Assembly (NCBI GenBank): GCA_043228905.1
Contig: JBHGNT010000013.1
Span: forward strand, 16,244,001-16,308,000
DNA length: 64,000 nt
Origin: Azolla caroliniana
Taxonomy: Eukaryota > Plantae > Polypodiophyta
Direction of reading: 5' to 3'
The notes under the pieces were generated by a model. That model was not told the origin of the DNA. It did not search any database and saw only the letters and a list, made by a program, of their open reading frames with translations. Of the stretch, positions 10,888-23,400 are shown one piece after another; the first letter of the stretch is position 1, and each line of letters opens with the position of its first letter. Both the position numbers and the translations under genes were made by a program.

Positions 10888-13634
10888 CTATTCTTCGTCC
10901 AAAATGTCCAGAATGCTTTGTTCGAGAGGCTCTAATGGTTCATCTGGAAGGGGTTGTTGTTGTTGCTGTTGTTGCTCTGTGGATGTCTGTTGCGGCAGGT
11001 CCGTTGGGGGTTGCTGCGGCTGCTCCTCCGTTTGTGGCTCTAACACCGGCGTCTCCGTCGTTGCTCCCTGCGTCGTAGTGGTCTCCGGTTGACTGGTACC
11101 CGGCTGGCCCTCAGCCGGTGGCGGTTCCTCATCACTAAGGTTCACCGTTGCCGCTTCCCGTGCTTTTTCTTCCCGCACCCGGGACCGCTCGTACCTTTCA
11201 AACTGGATTTGAGCGTCCAGCCTATCATCGTCTATCTGAGCTACGAGCTGCCTGACCTGCGCCAGCTGTTCATCTGCTAGGACTTGGAAGTCGTCGGCCA
11301 GCTCGTCCCGTATGGCGGTGAAGTCCTCGGAAGTCAACGTATAACAATCATCTCCTTCCTTCCGCCGGTTTGCCACATCTGCCTGTAGCAACTGGAGTTC
11401 CGCCGCGTTTTGTGCCCACTTTGTCCATCATTTTACGGAGCTTTCATAAATCAAGTGTTTTGTCTGATTTAGCCATGCCCGGAGGATGGACTGAATCCGG
11501 CTCGTTCCCAATTGCGATTTGGTTTCCGCCGCTTGCCGTTCCTCCTTCAGTTGTTTAATGATTTTGACGTTGTCCTCTGCCTGCGCTTTGTAATGCATCA
11601 ATTGCCTTTGATATGTGCTTTGTAATTTCTGCAATACTATTGACGCTCTCTCTTTGTCTTCCTGCTGCTGCCTCTGGAGCTCCATCCGGACCTTCTCCGC
11701 CTCGTCCAAGCGTCTTGTATTTTCCGCCCGTTCGTCAGCGATCGCCGTCGCGGCCCGATCAACTGCCTGCTGGAGCTCGGCCATCCGTTCTTTATGCTCC
11801 GTTTCCAGCTGTTTGTAGTCCCGGTGCAGGTGCTCAAAATCATCCGTCTTTTGCTTGAGTCGTGCGTTGATCTGACGACGGGCCCGGTCCTCGCGGTCCT
11901 TCTGCTGGCGGAGCTCTTCCTTTAGCCGTTCAATCTCCGTTTCCGCCGTTTTCCGCAGCTTGTCCTTTTCCTGCAGCACTTTGTCTTTCTCCTCCTTTAG
12001 CCGGTCGTACGCTTGATGGCCTTTCCGGAGGCTCTCCTCTGCCCGGCGGAGGTTCTCAGCAGTCTTCTTTAATTCGGCTTCGGCCGCCATCTTCAATTCT
12101 CGTTCACGGCTCCTTAGCACTTCTTGTGCGGCAAGTTCATCTCTCAATTCCGCAAGCTCCTAAGCTTGCGCCGCATCTCTCGCCGAAACGGTTTCCGTTG
12201 CCGGGGTCTTATTGCTATGTACAGGTCGTTCCGTTTCTTTATTCTGTACACTTACCGAAGTCACCGGTGATTGGATCCGTATTTTGGCCATCTCTGTCGT
12301 GACCTGATCCAAGTCTTTTTCAAGGCACCGGATTTTGGACCGGGCCGTCTCTAGTTGTTCGGTTGTGACGAGCAACCGTTCGCTTTGCGCTCTTTCTTCC
12401 GCCTCAATATACCCCACTGCTCCGGCTATCTGTTCGCCTATCCACCGGAGCCACAGGCTACCGGTGCCTTGTTGTGCTTGCACGGAGGTTTGACAGATGG
12501 GCTCACTTGTAGAGGGGTGGTCCCGCCTGGTTGCGCCGAGTTGCAGTTCCGTTTCTGCCCGTGGACCACCCTGCTGTCCTGGTTCCCCTTGCACTTCTTC
12601 TTGGCTGACCGAGGGAGGCTGCATTGACCTTTCCGGCTCTAGCGGGATGGGACTTGCCGGTGTTGCCGGTGGTGTCGGGGCTTCTGTTTCCGGTGCCATA
12701 TGCACCGGTTCCGGTTCCTTCCTTGGCGTGGGAGTCTCAGTTCCTGCTGCCGCCTATTCTGCGTCTGCCGCCTTTCCCTTAGTGGCCTTAGAGGCAACAG
12801 CTGTTGCCGTTTGGAAGCCATCCTTGGGGTGCCGTCCGCCACTCTTCCTCGCTTCTTAGGCTGAACGGGCTGGACGGGTGGCACAAGCAAGGTGAGCCAT
12901 TGCGTTACGACGTGCCATATCCTTCGTCCGTCTCGGCCTTCTTTGTCGTCTTTGCCTCTGACGATCTCGATCACCGCACACAACCCGTCTGCGATCAATA
13001 CCGGTGAATCCACCTTGATCCCTTCATAGGTGGCGATGATCATCCCTGCCCGGTTCTGCGGCATGACAGGGGGTCTAGGGTACACGTGGCCGTATTCATG
13101 GAGCACACGAGCAATTTCGCGGAACAGCATATCTCCGCCGCCCTGTGTCCGGTAGCCCTTGCTGGCTAGAGAGTACTCACCAAAATACCTGATGAGTTGC
13201 TCCGGGGTTGGATTGTCAATCGTGAGTATGCCTCCCTCCGGAAGGCCTGTTAACGCTCGAATCGCCTCTGCCGTTATGACCTCTGTATCGATTTCCTTGA
13301 TCACTTTGTTGGCTTCTTTGTGTGGCGGTACTTCCATCATCATCAAGAAGCCCTCGAGCCCGTGTTGCTTCAGCCATGTCTTGGCGGCTTCCGACAGCGT
13401 TTGCGGGTCCATGTCTGTGTCGAGGTCGGATGGCGGTGGCGAGGTTGGATGGTGATGAGAGTGAGGTTGAGAAAGAGAGAGTTCAGAAGGCGGGGGTTCT
13501 CTGTGCGCAGGTTCTCGTCTGATGATCTTGCAACGTCTTGGTGCTTCTGTGCTCCTGGGTTCGCGAAAGTAGAGGGTCTCTACGCGCAGTGGTTTTTGTC
13601 TGTGCATTCTGGCGCCTTTTTCGAGTGTGTGCAT
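10888..13634 (-). pseudogene. Extra 3' ORF of the Athila/Tat-like element (about 900 aa if repaired; long coiled coil)
   Basis: Consecutive same-strand ORFs 12639-13634, 12160-12705, 11428-12147 and 10888-11391. The middle two are in one frame, separated by a single stop. E/K/R/Q heptad-rich segment. Confidence 0.75.
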
Positions 13635-13786
13635 GTCGTGTACTAAAATAGCATTATGTCCTGTGGTGGCGCTTTAAATGCCCACTACGTACCTTTTCGC
13701 TCCTCACTCTTTCATCCATTCATTCCTCGCTTTGCATGATTGTTTTTTTTTTTTTTTTTTTAGTTATAATTATTATTCGTGTGACG

Positions 13787-15038
13787 TCACTTATCCGTTG
13801 GTCCTCTCAGACCCTTACCAGCCTCATTCTCCCCAGTTACCGGCTCGCCTTCTCTGCCGTCTTGGTGGTTGCCGTTTCCCTCACTGGTGTCGGTCCTTTG
13901 CTGAAATGGGTTCTTAGGCATCAGTCCTCTATATGCCTTCAACTGGAATCCGTTGACCCATTTGCCTAGCACTTCGCAGGCAAGTGTCCCTAACTGGTAG
14001 GACCCATTATACTCCCGTGTTAGCCAATACGGTCCGGTCCATCTAAACCGTAGTTTACCCGGCATCTTGCCCATCCGGGTTTGGAATACTAACACCGGTT
14101 TGCCGATTGCGAACATTTTTTCGTTACCTTTCCTGTGCCGGTCGACAAATGCTTTCCGTCGTCGTTGCTCCAATTCTAAATGTAGGATGTTGGCCAGTCG
14201 TTGTTCCTCGAGCTCACACAGCGCTGTCAACCTTATTGCCTCTGACTCCTTCTCGTTCAGCCGTTCTCATAGTTGGATCCGTAAGCTGGGTACTTGGAAT
14301 TCTACCGGCATTACCGCCTCGAGTCCAAACGCTAACCGGAACGGTGTTGTTCGGATGCTCGTTTTGTATGCCGTCTGGTATGCCCAAAGCGCGCTATGTA
14401 GCTTTGTGTCCCAATCCGTCCGGTTTTCGTTGACGATCTTCCGGAGGATATTCTGGAGCGTCTTGTTTGTTGATTCTGCTAAACCGTTCGCCTGTGGATA
14501 GTAAGGTGTGCTTCGTTTGTGGACAACGGCATAGAATGTCGTCAGGCTTTCCACTACTTGGCCGAGAAAGTGCCCCCCTTGGTCACTTATTAATTCAATT
14601 GGGCATCCGTAACGGCACCAGATGTACTCATATAGAAACTTCGTCGTTGACGCAGCGGTGTTATCCCGTAAAGCTTTGGCCTCCACCCATTTCGTGCAGT
14701 AATCCGTAGCAACGATAACGTACCGATTACCCGTTCTCATTGCCGGTTGCTTGAACGGTCCTACAAAGTCCAGCCCCCACTTTTGGAATGGCTCGAGTGG
14801 TAGTACCAGCTGGTGTGGCATACGAGCCTGCTCCATTGGCTGGCCTAGTCTCTGGCATAGGTCACATCCTTTGCGTACCGTACCGCATCTCTCAATGTCG
14901 TTGGCCACCATAGGCCACTTTGCCATATTTTTTTGGCCGTCGCATCTCCGGCATAGTGACCGCCGGCAACTCCGTAGTGGGCTTCCCTCAGTATCAGTTC
15001 CTTTTCATCGCTACGAACCGCCCGTCTCCATATGCCGC
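13787..15038 (-). pseudogene. Integrase of Athila/Tat-like element (frameshift/stop)
   Basis: HHCC (EAHYGVAGGHY...CDLC), WGLDFVGPF, ISDQGGHF, PQANGLAE, GKLRFRWTGPY. Confidence 0.92.
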
Positions 15039-16940
15039 TGTAAGTCTGTGACATTCTGCTCGTTTGCTTTCTTTACCCATTCCGTTGCTTGTTTCCGGAT
15101 GGTCTCCTGTGTCTCCCATTCTTTGGCCATGCCCTTCGACCTTGTGGTCACCTGCTGCAGATCTGCCACCTCAGGGACTACCATATTTACCGTCGGTCGT
15201 TTTTCATAGCTCTTCACCAGGCATTGGTTACTATAATGGCCTTCCTGTCGACAATAGTAGCAGTAGGCCTTCCGGGTATTGCTAGATTCGGCATTGTCTG
15301 TTGTGCCCGGGGCAGGTCCTGTGGTAGGGGCGGGGTTTTGTACCGGTTGGCTGCTTGGAGCTCCTTGTTCCGGATCCCGGGGGTAGCCGCCTTTTTTAAA
15401 ATGTCGTTTTTTGTTATAGCTCTTCTTATTACGGTACTCTTGACGGGGTTGCCCGTTATATCTGCCGTATTCCTCCCGTTGCTGACGATACCCGGGGGAG
15501 TGCTCCCGGTCGTAATGTTCGTATCGTCTATTGTAATCCTGGTACCGATCATGCCGGTCATAGTTATCCCGCCGATCGTCGTACCGGACATCATTTTCCC
15601 GTCGATCGCCATACCGGACATCCTGTACCGGTCGGTCACAGTCCATTCGCCGCCAGCGTTCGTCTTCTTCATCCCGGCTGCTGCGTGGCTCAATTTGTCA
15701 GACGGGCGGTGCTTGCCGGTTCAACAGATTATACTCGCACCTATCCGTCGTATGGCTCTTGGATTGACAGATTACACATTGCGTCCTCATAGTGCATTCT
15801 AGAGCCGAGTGTCCGGAATTCAAGCAGGTTGTGCACTGTATTGCTTGCCGAAATCGGAGGTCTTCATCGGACGGTAACGCCCGTTGAAGTGCTCCCAGTG
15901 TGAGCCAGGAGCTTGTCTTTTCCATCTCTCTCACCCGGTCAATGACTTGGTCGATGGTACTTGTGCGGAAGTCAATTACCGTGCAAACCGTACGTAGGGG
16001 TTCCCGGAGTGCGTTTAGGAATATAGTCCGTAATTCCTCCTCCGGGGGTGCGCGGGCAAGCTGACTATGCATCCGTTGAAACCGGATGACAAATTGAGGA
16101 ATGCTCTCCCCTGCCTCTTGCCGGATGGTATAAAATAAGCCTAGCATTACGATCTGGTTCACCTCCTTTTGAAAAAAATGCAAGAATTTAGCTTTTAAAT
16201 CTACAAAGGTGTTGATGGTAGACGGGTCCTGCGTCTGGCGCCATCTTGTTGCCGGTCCCTCCAATGTGACGCCAAATTCCGCTATCTTAGAGCGTTCTTC
16301 TTCCTCCGGGGTCAATCGCTGGGACACATGGTTGGCTTCCCATGTCTGTTCAAAGGCGTGCACATGAGCTTCCGCGTCCGGATCATCTCTATACTTGGAG
16401 TACTGGAACGGCATGTCGTCGTCCGGTATTGGTGCGCGGGCTGGCAGTGTTGGTGCTCGTTCCGGAATCTTCTCCGGTGTGGGTGGTCTTTCCCGATTTG
16501 TTTCCGGCGTCGGTGGTTTTTCCTCTTCCCAGGGGTTCCAGCGTTAGCACTTCCGGTTCCGGTGTCGGTAAAGTATCTGATCCTTCGTCCTCCGGTCCGC
16601 CCGGGGTTTCGTTGCTGCTATGGTAATTCGTGTGCACGCTGTATTCCCCTTCGGAGTCCGATTCATATGCTGAAAAGGATTCTGCTTCGCCTTCTCCGTT
16701 TGCCAACGCGTGGAGAAGGGATTCGGTTTCCCGGAGGCTGCTTAGGCTACTGTCGTCGTCCGGGTGCGATGTTTGCTGTAACCAGAGGGAGTCCTCCGCT
16801 ACTCTCCGGATTACATTGGAAAACGAGCGATCCGCTCTAATTTCCTGCGCCGCTTGCTGGAAAGCCTCGCATCTCCTTTGCCTTTCGGCAAGGCGTCAAG
16901 TTCGATCTGTAACCAGGTCGTGCGTTGATCTAGACATCCA
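15011..16940 (-). pseudogene. gag of Athila/Tat-like element with three CCHC knuckles (frameshifted)
   Basis: ORFs 16389-16706, 15698-16414 (retrotrans_gag-like, CTTCLNSGHSALEC, CVICQSKSHTTDRC) and 15011-15646 (CYYCRQEGHYSNQC, VTTRSKG). The 5' boundary is approximate. Confidence 0.85.
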
Positions 16941-16973
16941 TCCATGCCGTCGTTCACTGCAAAAACAGGAATC

Positions 16974-16983
16974 GTGGTCGCCA
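16974..16983 (-). promoter_or_regulatory. Primer-binding site (tRNA-Arg-like)
   Basis: The minus strand reads cagtttt-TGGCGACCAC directly after the 5' LTR. Confidence 0.75.
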
Positions 16984-16990
16984 AAAACTG

Positions 16991-17426
16991 TGTTAACTCT
17001 TAGGGCCGGACAATAGCCTAACACAGGGTGTCTACGGAAGACACTTCCCCAAAGGGTGTTACGGCAACCGGATTAGACTTCAACGCTTAATCCTACTTGC
17101 TTAAGTTACTTATTATGATCGTCTTTCATAACACACGCGTAAGATATAACAATTAAGACAGAACGGCAATTAACACAGAGAGATAACAACGCTTAAGCTT
17201 TCATTCATTAACCGCTAACTATTACATTGTATCCGGGCCTTTAAATAGGTTTCCGGTTTGTATTACAAAACGGTGCCATCCGCACCTGTTCGGGATCGGT
17301 CCGGATCCGGAACGGCATACCGATTCCGGTCCGTCTGTCCACACTCATAGCTTAATTACAACCATATTCCAACTACTCAATTAACTCTCCGTTTCCCACT
17401 CTGGACTCCTTTGCCGGCCGGTAACA
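16991..17426 (-). repeat. 5' LTR of Athila/Tat-like element
   Basis: Direct repeat of 10398-10833, adjacent to the PBS. Confidence 0.95.
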
Positions 17427-17431
17427 ATCTT

Positions 17432-17522
17432 ACCTTCTGCTCCTCGTTCGGCTTTCTTCTGCTTGGTCGCTTGTCGTAGCCCCATTTTCGTCCTTAGTGC
17501 TCCGAAGTGTAGATCTGGGGGT
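17432..17522 (-). pseudogene. Stranded C-terminal piece of outer Copia RNase H
   Basis: Continues the frame broken at 29900: NIVDCLMKP|PPDLHFGALRTKMGL. Confidence 0.75.
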
Positions 17523-17527
17523 GGCTT

Positions 17528-17983
17528 TGTTACGGGCATGACCATTTAATATCCTGTGGTGAGAATTTACCGTAGTATTCTATACACGTGGATAAGTGTG
17601 AGGGTTAAACGAGAGTGTAAAGAAGGGGAGGATTACTTTTAATCCTCGGGATTGAGACAACCCATTAGGTCAAGTGTGAACTTGCCTGGGGGCCTTGGGT
17701 ATCGCTATAAATAAGAGGCCTAGCTACCCTCATTTGATCATCTTTTTTACTACATCGAGACTCTGCTCTTGTGGTGGGTCAACTCTTGTAGCGAGCGCGC
17801 CAGCACCAGGTACGACTCGACGCCACAGCGGTGGTATGGGACGCCGATCGAGGCTCGAGTCCGTCTCGATCCCTTCGCTCGGGGGTGGTCGGGTGGATCG
17901 GCATCCTTCTTTCTCTTTCTCCTTTCTATCTATCATTTGTTTATCCTTATCTTAAGCTTACTTTAGTACCTAGATCTCTAATA
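17528..17983 (+). repeat. 5' LTR of chromovirus
   Basis: Direct repeat of 29444-29899; TATA ctataaata near 17705. Confidence 0.95.
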
Positions 17984-18234
17984 TTTGGTATCAGATTTAT
18001 GTACTAATGTTTCTTTGTTTGTCTTTTGTCTTTTGATTGATGGTGATCGATCGATGTGCGGTCGGCCTTGATCCAGACAACAATCAACAAAGAACTTCGG
18101 TAACTCTTTCCGCAATTTTTTTTCTATTCTCTCTTCTCCCATTTAATCATGTGTTTAGTTTATATCTCAATTTTTTTCATTAAGTCAATGATATTGTAGT
18201 GGTCTTTAATTGATTATCTAAAACATTTACATAT

Positions 18235-18500
18235 GTGCACGAGGTCAATACCTCGTTTGACATATAAATAATATGTGATGAGTGTCGTATGCGTACGAGG
18301 TTAATACCTCAATTACATATTACGTTCACGAACATATGTTACGTTTGCGTATGAGTTTAATACCTTGATTTGTTCTAAAGGATATGTGTTTGGTCTCGTA
18401 TGCGTAAGAGGTCAATACCTCAATTGCGTATTACGATGATCTCTTATTTGTGGATGTTTCGTGTGTGTAGAGGTATATACCTCGATTACGTATCTCGATC
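18235..18500 (+). repeat. Five degenerate ~57-bp tandem units with a GAGGT-N4-ACCTC hairpin in the chromovirus leader
   Basis: Motif copies near 18241, 18297, 18353, 18408 and 18470. Confidence 0.7.
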
Positions 18501-19673
18501 ACATCATTTGTGGCTATTTAATATAACGATATGTTAATATAGGCATATGTGGTCACGTATATACGTATTTGATCGTATATATGTGATAAGTAAACATATG
18601 TGTATATTCGTTATTACGTGATTATATCGAAAGTTGTCCTTGTCGGGAAAAGAATGTTGGTGGCCGTCCTCACATTTTTGTGAGAATGGCGTTGTCACCA
18701 TCCCTTTTTCAACAATTTTTTATTGTTGACAACCCCGTTGATGACCTCGATTTCGTTTCGTAAAGAAACGCCTATAGCCATAATGATGTTGAGTACGTAG
18801 GGCTTGACCCACTTCAAGTGAGGTCGCTCCAATGACACACGTATCCAACATCCCTCCCTCGTTACATGGATACGATGCCACCATGAGTTCGTTCTTACGA
18901 GAGGCATTCGTAATGACGTGACCATGTGATGGGCCACGTGGGCCTACTACGAAACGAAGGCTCATTTGGCTTGACCATTAGGTTGCAATTTGGCGTATGC
19001 CATCGTAATTACGAGACTTGAGGTTAGGTAACATACCAACATAGTTTTGGTAAATGAGGGCGAAATAAGGACCCTTGAAATATATGTTCTTTTAAAAAAA
19101 AAACGTATATGATCAATTGCCTCGCATATCTCTTATACGCATCAAACATTAAGCATTCGAGAAGAGCAACTTACTTGGTTGGCTCAAGTGTTTAATGTAT
19201 TTGTTCTCGAAGTCTCGAGTTCAAATATGACCAAGACCATACAACATCCTTGATACATATGATTATAACACATGTTTAGACTTAAGGTCTAAGTGCACCT
19301 CGGGGTCCTCGTAATAGGACTTAAAGAGCCGAAACCACATATGTGGGCACCGAAACATAGTTTATTGTTAACATTTTTTTCGTGTATAAACTATTCATGA
19401 CGCGAACATACATGGTTGAGCCTCAGGGAGCCACCATGAAAAAATCGATATAGAGATCAAGGAAAGACATTTATTTGTCACCCCCATGGTTTTTAAAACA
19501 CCTTTGTGTTACCATAGTAACCTCATCTTGAACCTCATCTCATACGTTTAGAGGGGTATTGACGTGAGATCATGATATCGATTAATGTTTGCCCATGATA
19601 TGTTTACATCACGACATGATGTTATGACTATCTCTCTAACCTTATCCTATTTCTTTTCCAGAAAAAATCTTTA

Positions 19674-20444
19674 ATGGCTCAAATTAACGACCCGATGTCA
19701 TCCACTCAAGCGGAAGGAACTCAAGGGAATCCTCCTGGACAAATGTCCATTGAGATGTATTTGGCACAAATAACCCAATACCTTAGTTTCACCGCTCAAC
19801 AGATGACCGAACTTCGGCAATCTCAGAGTGCTCTTGAGGCACGTGTCATTAGCCTACAACGTGAGACTAATAGACCTGATGAGCGACAAGGTGAACCATC
19901 ATTTGTCGTTAAGCCATTTACGGGAGACAAAAAGGAAAGAATCGAAGAAGCAATCTGCACATGGCTGGGACGATGGGAGTCTCATTTCGAGCTCTATCCC
20001 ACGCCAGATAGTACGAAGATTGCATATGTCGGCCGAGAACTCGGGGGTAAGGCCGCTGCCTAGTGGCGTGGGCTCCGTACTATGGGGAAATTGCCCGATA
20101 CCTGGACAGATTTTGTCACGGTTTTTAAGGGCCAATTTCTGCAACCTCCCTCTCGAACCGAGGCAGCACAAGCTTTAATGAACCTCTCTAGCAGGAAATT
20201 TTCCTCACTAGAAGACTATGTTCACCATGCTAGAACCCAAATCCAAAAATCGGGTCTAGAAGGGGACAACTGGTTAATAGCTTGTTTTGTCAATGGCATC
20301 CCCAATTCGGACTATCACTGGATAGTGCACGATAAGGATCCAAAATCCTTCGAAGAGGCCGTTGAAATAGTCCTTCGCTATCAACGCACTTCAAAGAAGG
20401 ACCACAACAAACCCAATGAAGCGCCCGGGACTAAGCAATCGTAA
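19674..20444 (+). pseudogene. gag of chromovirus (in-frame stop at 20061-20063)
   Basis: ORFs 19674-20063 and 20082-20444 are in one frame (ELGGKAAA*WRGL...TWTDFVTVFKGQF). A CCHC knuckle follows after a frameshift. Confidence 0.85.
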
Positions 20445-23400
20445 TTCGTTGGGAAACGCAAGACACCCAACGAATTTCTGGATCGCGATTGTAAGCGACA
20501 ACATCCTTTTTGCGTATTGCAAAAAGAAGGGTCACACAAAAGAGCAATGTCGAAAGCTCCAACGGAAAGAGCACGACAACAAAGCTAAAACTACAGACCA
20601 TAAAGGTCAGATTCCTAATGTCCTTCAGGTCTATACACATCATTTAAGTAATTGTCAATGTTCTTTCCCTCACTATGTATTGGGTCCCAATGATTTACTA
20701 CGTGCAAACGGGTATATCAATGGATCTCCCGTACAATTTTTATTTGATTCGGGAAGCTCACACAATTTTGTGAATGATCGTTTGGTTCAGATATGGGGAA
20801 TCCAACCCACCGTAAGTGATCACACCTACACGGTGCACTTGGCTGATGGAAGAGTACAATACATCAACGGGGCGATTCATTCATTAGGAATTTCTATTGA
20901 TACTTATATAGAGGAAGTAGACTTCCATGTAATGAATCTTTGTACCACCGATGTAATACTGGGTTATCCCTGGTTTTATAATAAAAACTCTTCTTTATCT
21001 ATTGATTGGGTTCATCATTCCATTTCTTTTGTACTGAACGATTGTACGCATTTTATTCAATGTGTAAAAAAACAATCCCTCTCGATTGTTTCCTCGTGTC
21101 CATCAATATCCGAGTTGTCTTGTTCTACTCTATTTTATTGTGTACTTGATCCGGACATTCACGTTTATAATATCGATAATGTCTCGGTTCAATTAACATA
21201 TTTTGAACAACAACAACTTGATGAAATCTTAAACGATTTTCATGATGTTCTTCCAAGTGAACTACCAGATGGCTTACCTCCTCAACGTAATATAGACCAT
21301 CGTATAGATATTGTACCTGGTGTTGCACCAATAAGTATACCTCCTTATCGCTTAAGTCAATCCGAAGAGGATGAGGTATCTAAGCAACTCAAGGACTATT
21401 TACGAATGGGTTATATACGTTATAGTAAATCTCCATGGGGTGCACCAGTTCTCTTGGTTAAAAAGAAAGAGGGCACATGGCGTATGTGTATTAATTACCG
21501 ACGCTTGAATAAAGTAACGATCAAGAATTCGTATCCATTGCCCCGGGCTGACGATCTAATTGACCGTCTCCAGGGAGCTCGGTATTTTACGAAACTTGAT
21601 CTCCGTATTGGCTACCATCAAATACGAATAAGTGAGGATGATGTTCCTAAAACGGCATTTCGTATGCGCTATGGCCATTACGAGTTTTTGGTTATGCCTT
21701 TTGGTTTGACCAATGCTCCGGCTACTTTTCAACAAGAAATGAATGACATTTTCCGAGAACAACTTGGAAAATTTGTCGTTATTTTCTTGGCTGATATTTT
21801 AGTTTATAGCCGTACATTACAAGAACATGCTAGACATGTCCGCTTTGTTTTACAAACATTGCGTGACAAACAGTTTTATGCAAAGATCTCAAAATGTGAG
21901 TTCTTCAAGAAATCAATTACTTATCTTGGACATCTCATAGCCGAATGAGGAGTTGAAATTGATACTTCTTGCATTGAGAAAATCAAGCTTTGGCCCACTC
22001 TTCAGAATATTCGAGAAGTTCGATCATTCCTTGGTTTTGTCGGGTTTTTGCGAAAGTCTCTTCGTAATTACTCCCAATTGACGAAGCCGTTTACTAATCT
22101 TTTAAAAGGTCAAACGCGTAAGTCTACAAAACCTATTGTGTGGAATGCTACACTAGACCTCGCCTTTAAGGAACTCAAGGGCCTGGTTTGCAAGGCTCCT
22201 TCACTTCTTTTACCTGATCCTTCAAAACCTTTTGAGGTTGAAACCGATGCAAGCGATTATGCTATAGGTGTTGTCTTGTATCAAGATGGTAAACCAATAG
22301 CATTCGAGAGTAAGAAACTTGATTCTGCTCAATGTCGGTATACCGTTCAAGAAAAGGAATTATTTGCAATTATACATGCGCTCAAAACATGGCACCATTA
22401 TCTTTATGGAAATCGCTTTGTGGTAACTACGGACCACGAGTCCTTGAAATATTTTTGTGACCAACAAGACCTGAAAGGTCGTAAGGCACGATGGGCTGAT
22501 CTCATCCAGGACTTTGATTTTTCCATACGATATCGTAAAGGTTCCATGAACACTGTCGTTGATGCACTAAGTCGCATCCGTGAAGTTAACATGCTTATCT
22601 TCACTGAAATAACATCAGATCTTTATGATCACCTTCGAGGAATGTATCCTAATGACAAATATTTTGCAAAATACTGGGCAAGAGTTGAGTCTGGAACAGA
22701 CACCACCACATCCTCGAAGGAATACTTCCACATTACTAACGGTTTGCTCTACCGTAATGGGAAGGTTTGTGTTCCAGATTTACCCGAGGTCAAAAAGAGG
22801 ATTCTTTTTGAATGCCATGATGCACCCTCAGCAGGGCACCCTGGAATACATCGTACACTCGTTCTCATCTCCACTCAATTTCATTGGCCTAAGATGCGTC
22901 CTAACATACATAGCTATGTGACTAAATGTCACCAGTGTCAGGTTAACAAAGCCGAGCGACTTAAAGCCGCATGACTTTTACATCCCTTGGACATTCCCAA
23001 TAATAAGTGGGAAAGTATATCCATGGATTTTATTGTTAGCCTTCCTCGCACCCAAAAAGGTCATGATGCCATCTGGGTTGTCGTTGATCGACTAACTAAA
23101 ATGGCCAAATTTATTGCTACTAAAACCACGGTAACAGCTCCTGAATTGGCTTACCAATTCGTTGATGAATTGTTTCGTTTTTATGGGTTACCGATGGATA
23201 TCGTGAGTGATCGAGATCCAAAGTTTACTAGTGACTTCTGGACGCAAGTCTTTAAGAAGTTAGAAACTACGTTGAGCATGAGCTCCACGGATCATCCTCA
23301 ATCCGATGGACAGACAGAACGAGTAAATCAAATTATTGAGGACATGCTTCGAGCCTACGTTGGTGCAAAACCAACAAAATGGGAACGTTATCTCCCAATT

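Larger units (their letters stand above)
10398..17426 (-). mobile_element. Non-chromovirus Ty3/Gypsy (Athila/Tat-like) element lacking PR-RT-RH, with an extra 3' ORF
   Basis: 436-bp LTRs 10398-10833 and 16991-17426 (TG...CA, about 9 differences by eye). TSD ATCTT at 10393-10397 and 17427-17431. PBS TGGCGACCAC on the minus strand at 16974-16983. gag, INT and the extra ORF are all on the minus strand. Confidence 0.92.

Noticed and set aside
10818-17016. Many plus-strand ORFs across the Athila/Tat-like element
   Set aside because: Antisense shadows of GC-rich coding sequence with no domain motifs, so they do not support bidirectional coding.
18235-18500. CRISPR-like spaced palindromic repeats
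   Set aside because: Eukaryotic retroelement leader, degenerate repeats, spacers related to each other, no cas genes.
19175-19240. A-box/B-box-like words (TGGCTCAAGTG, GAGTTCAAAT) in the chromovirus leader
   Set aside because: Short spacing, degenerate, single occurrence, no tail or TSD; could be chance or a very old SINE.
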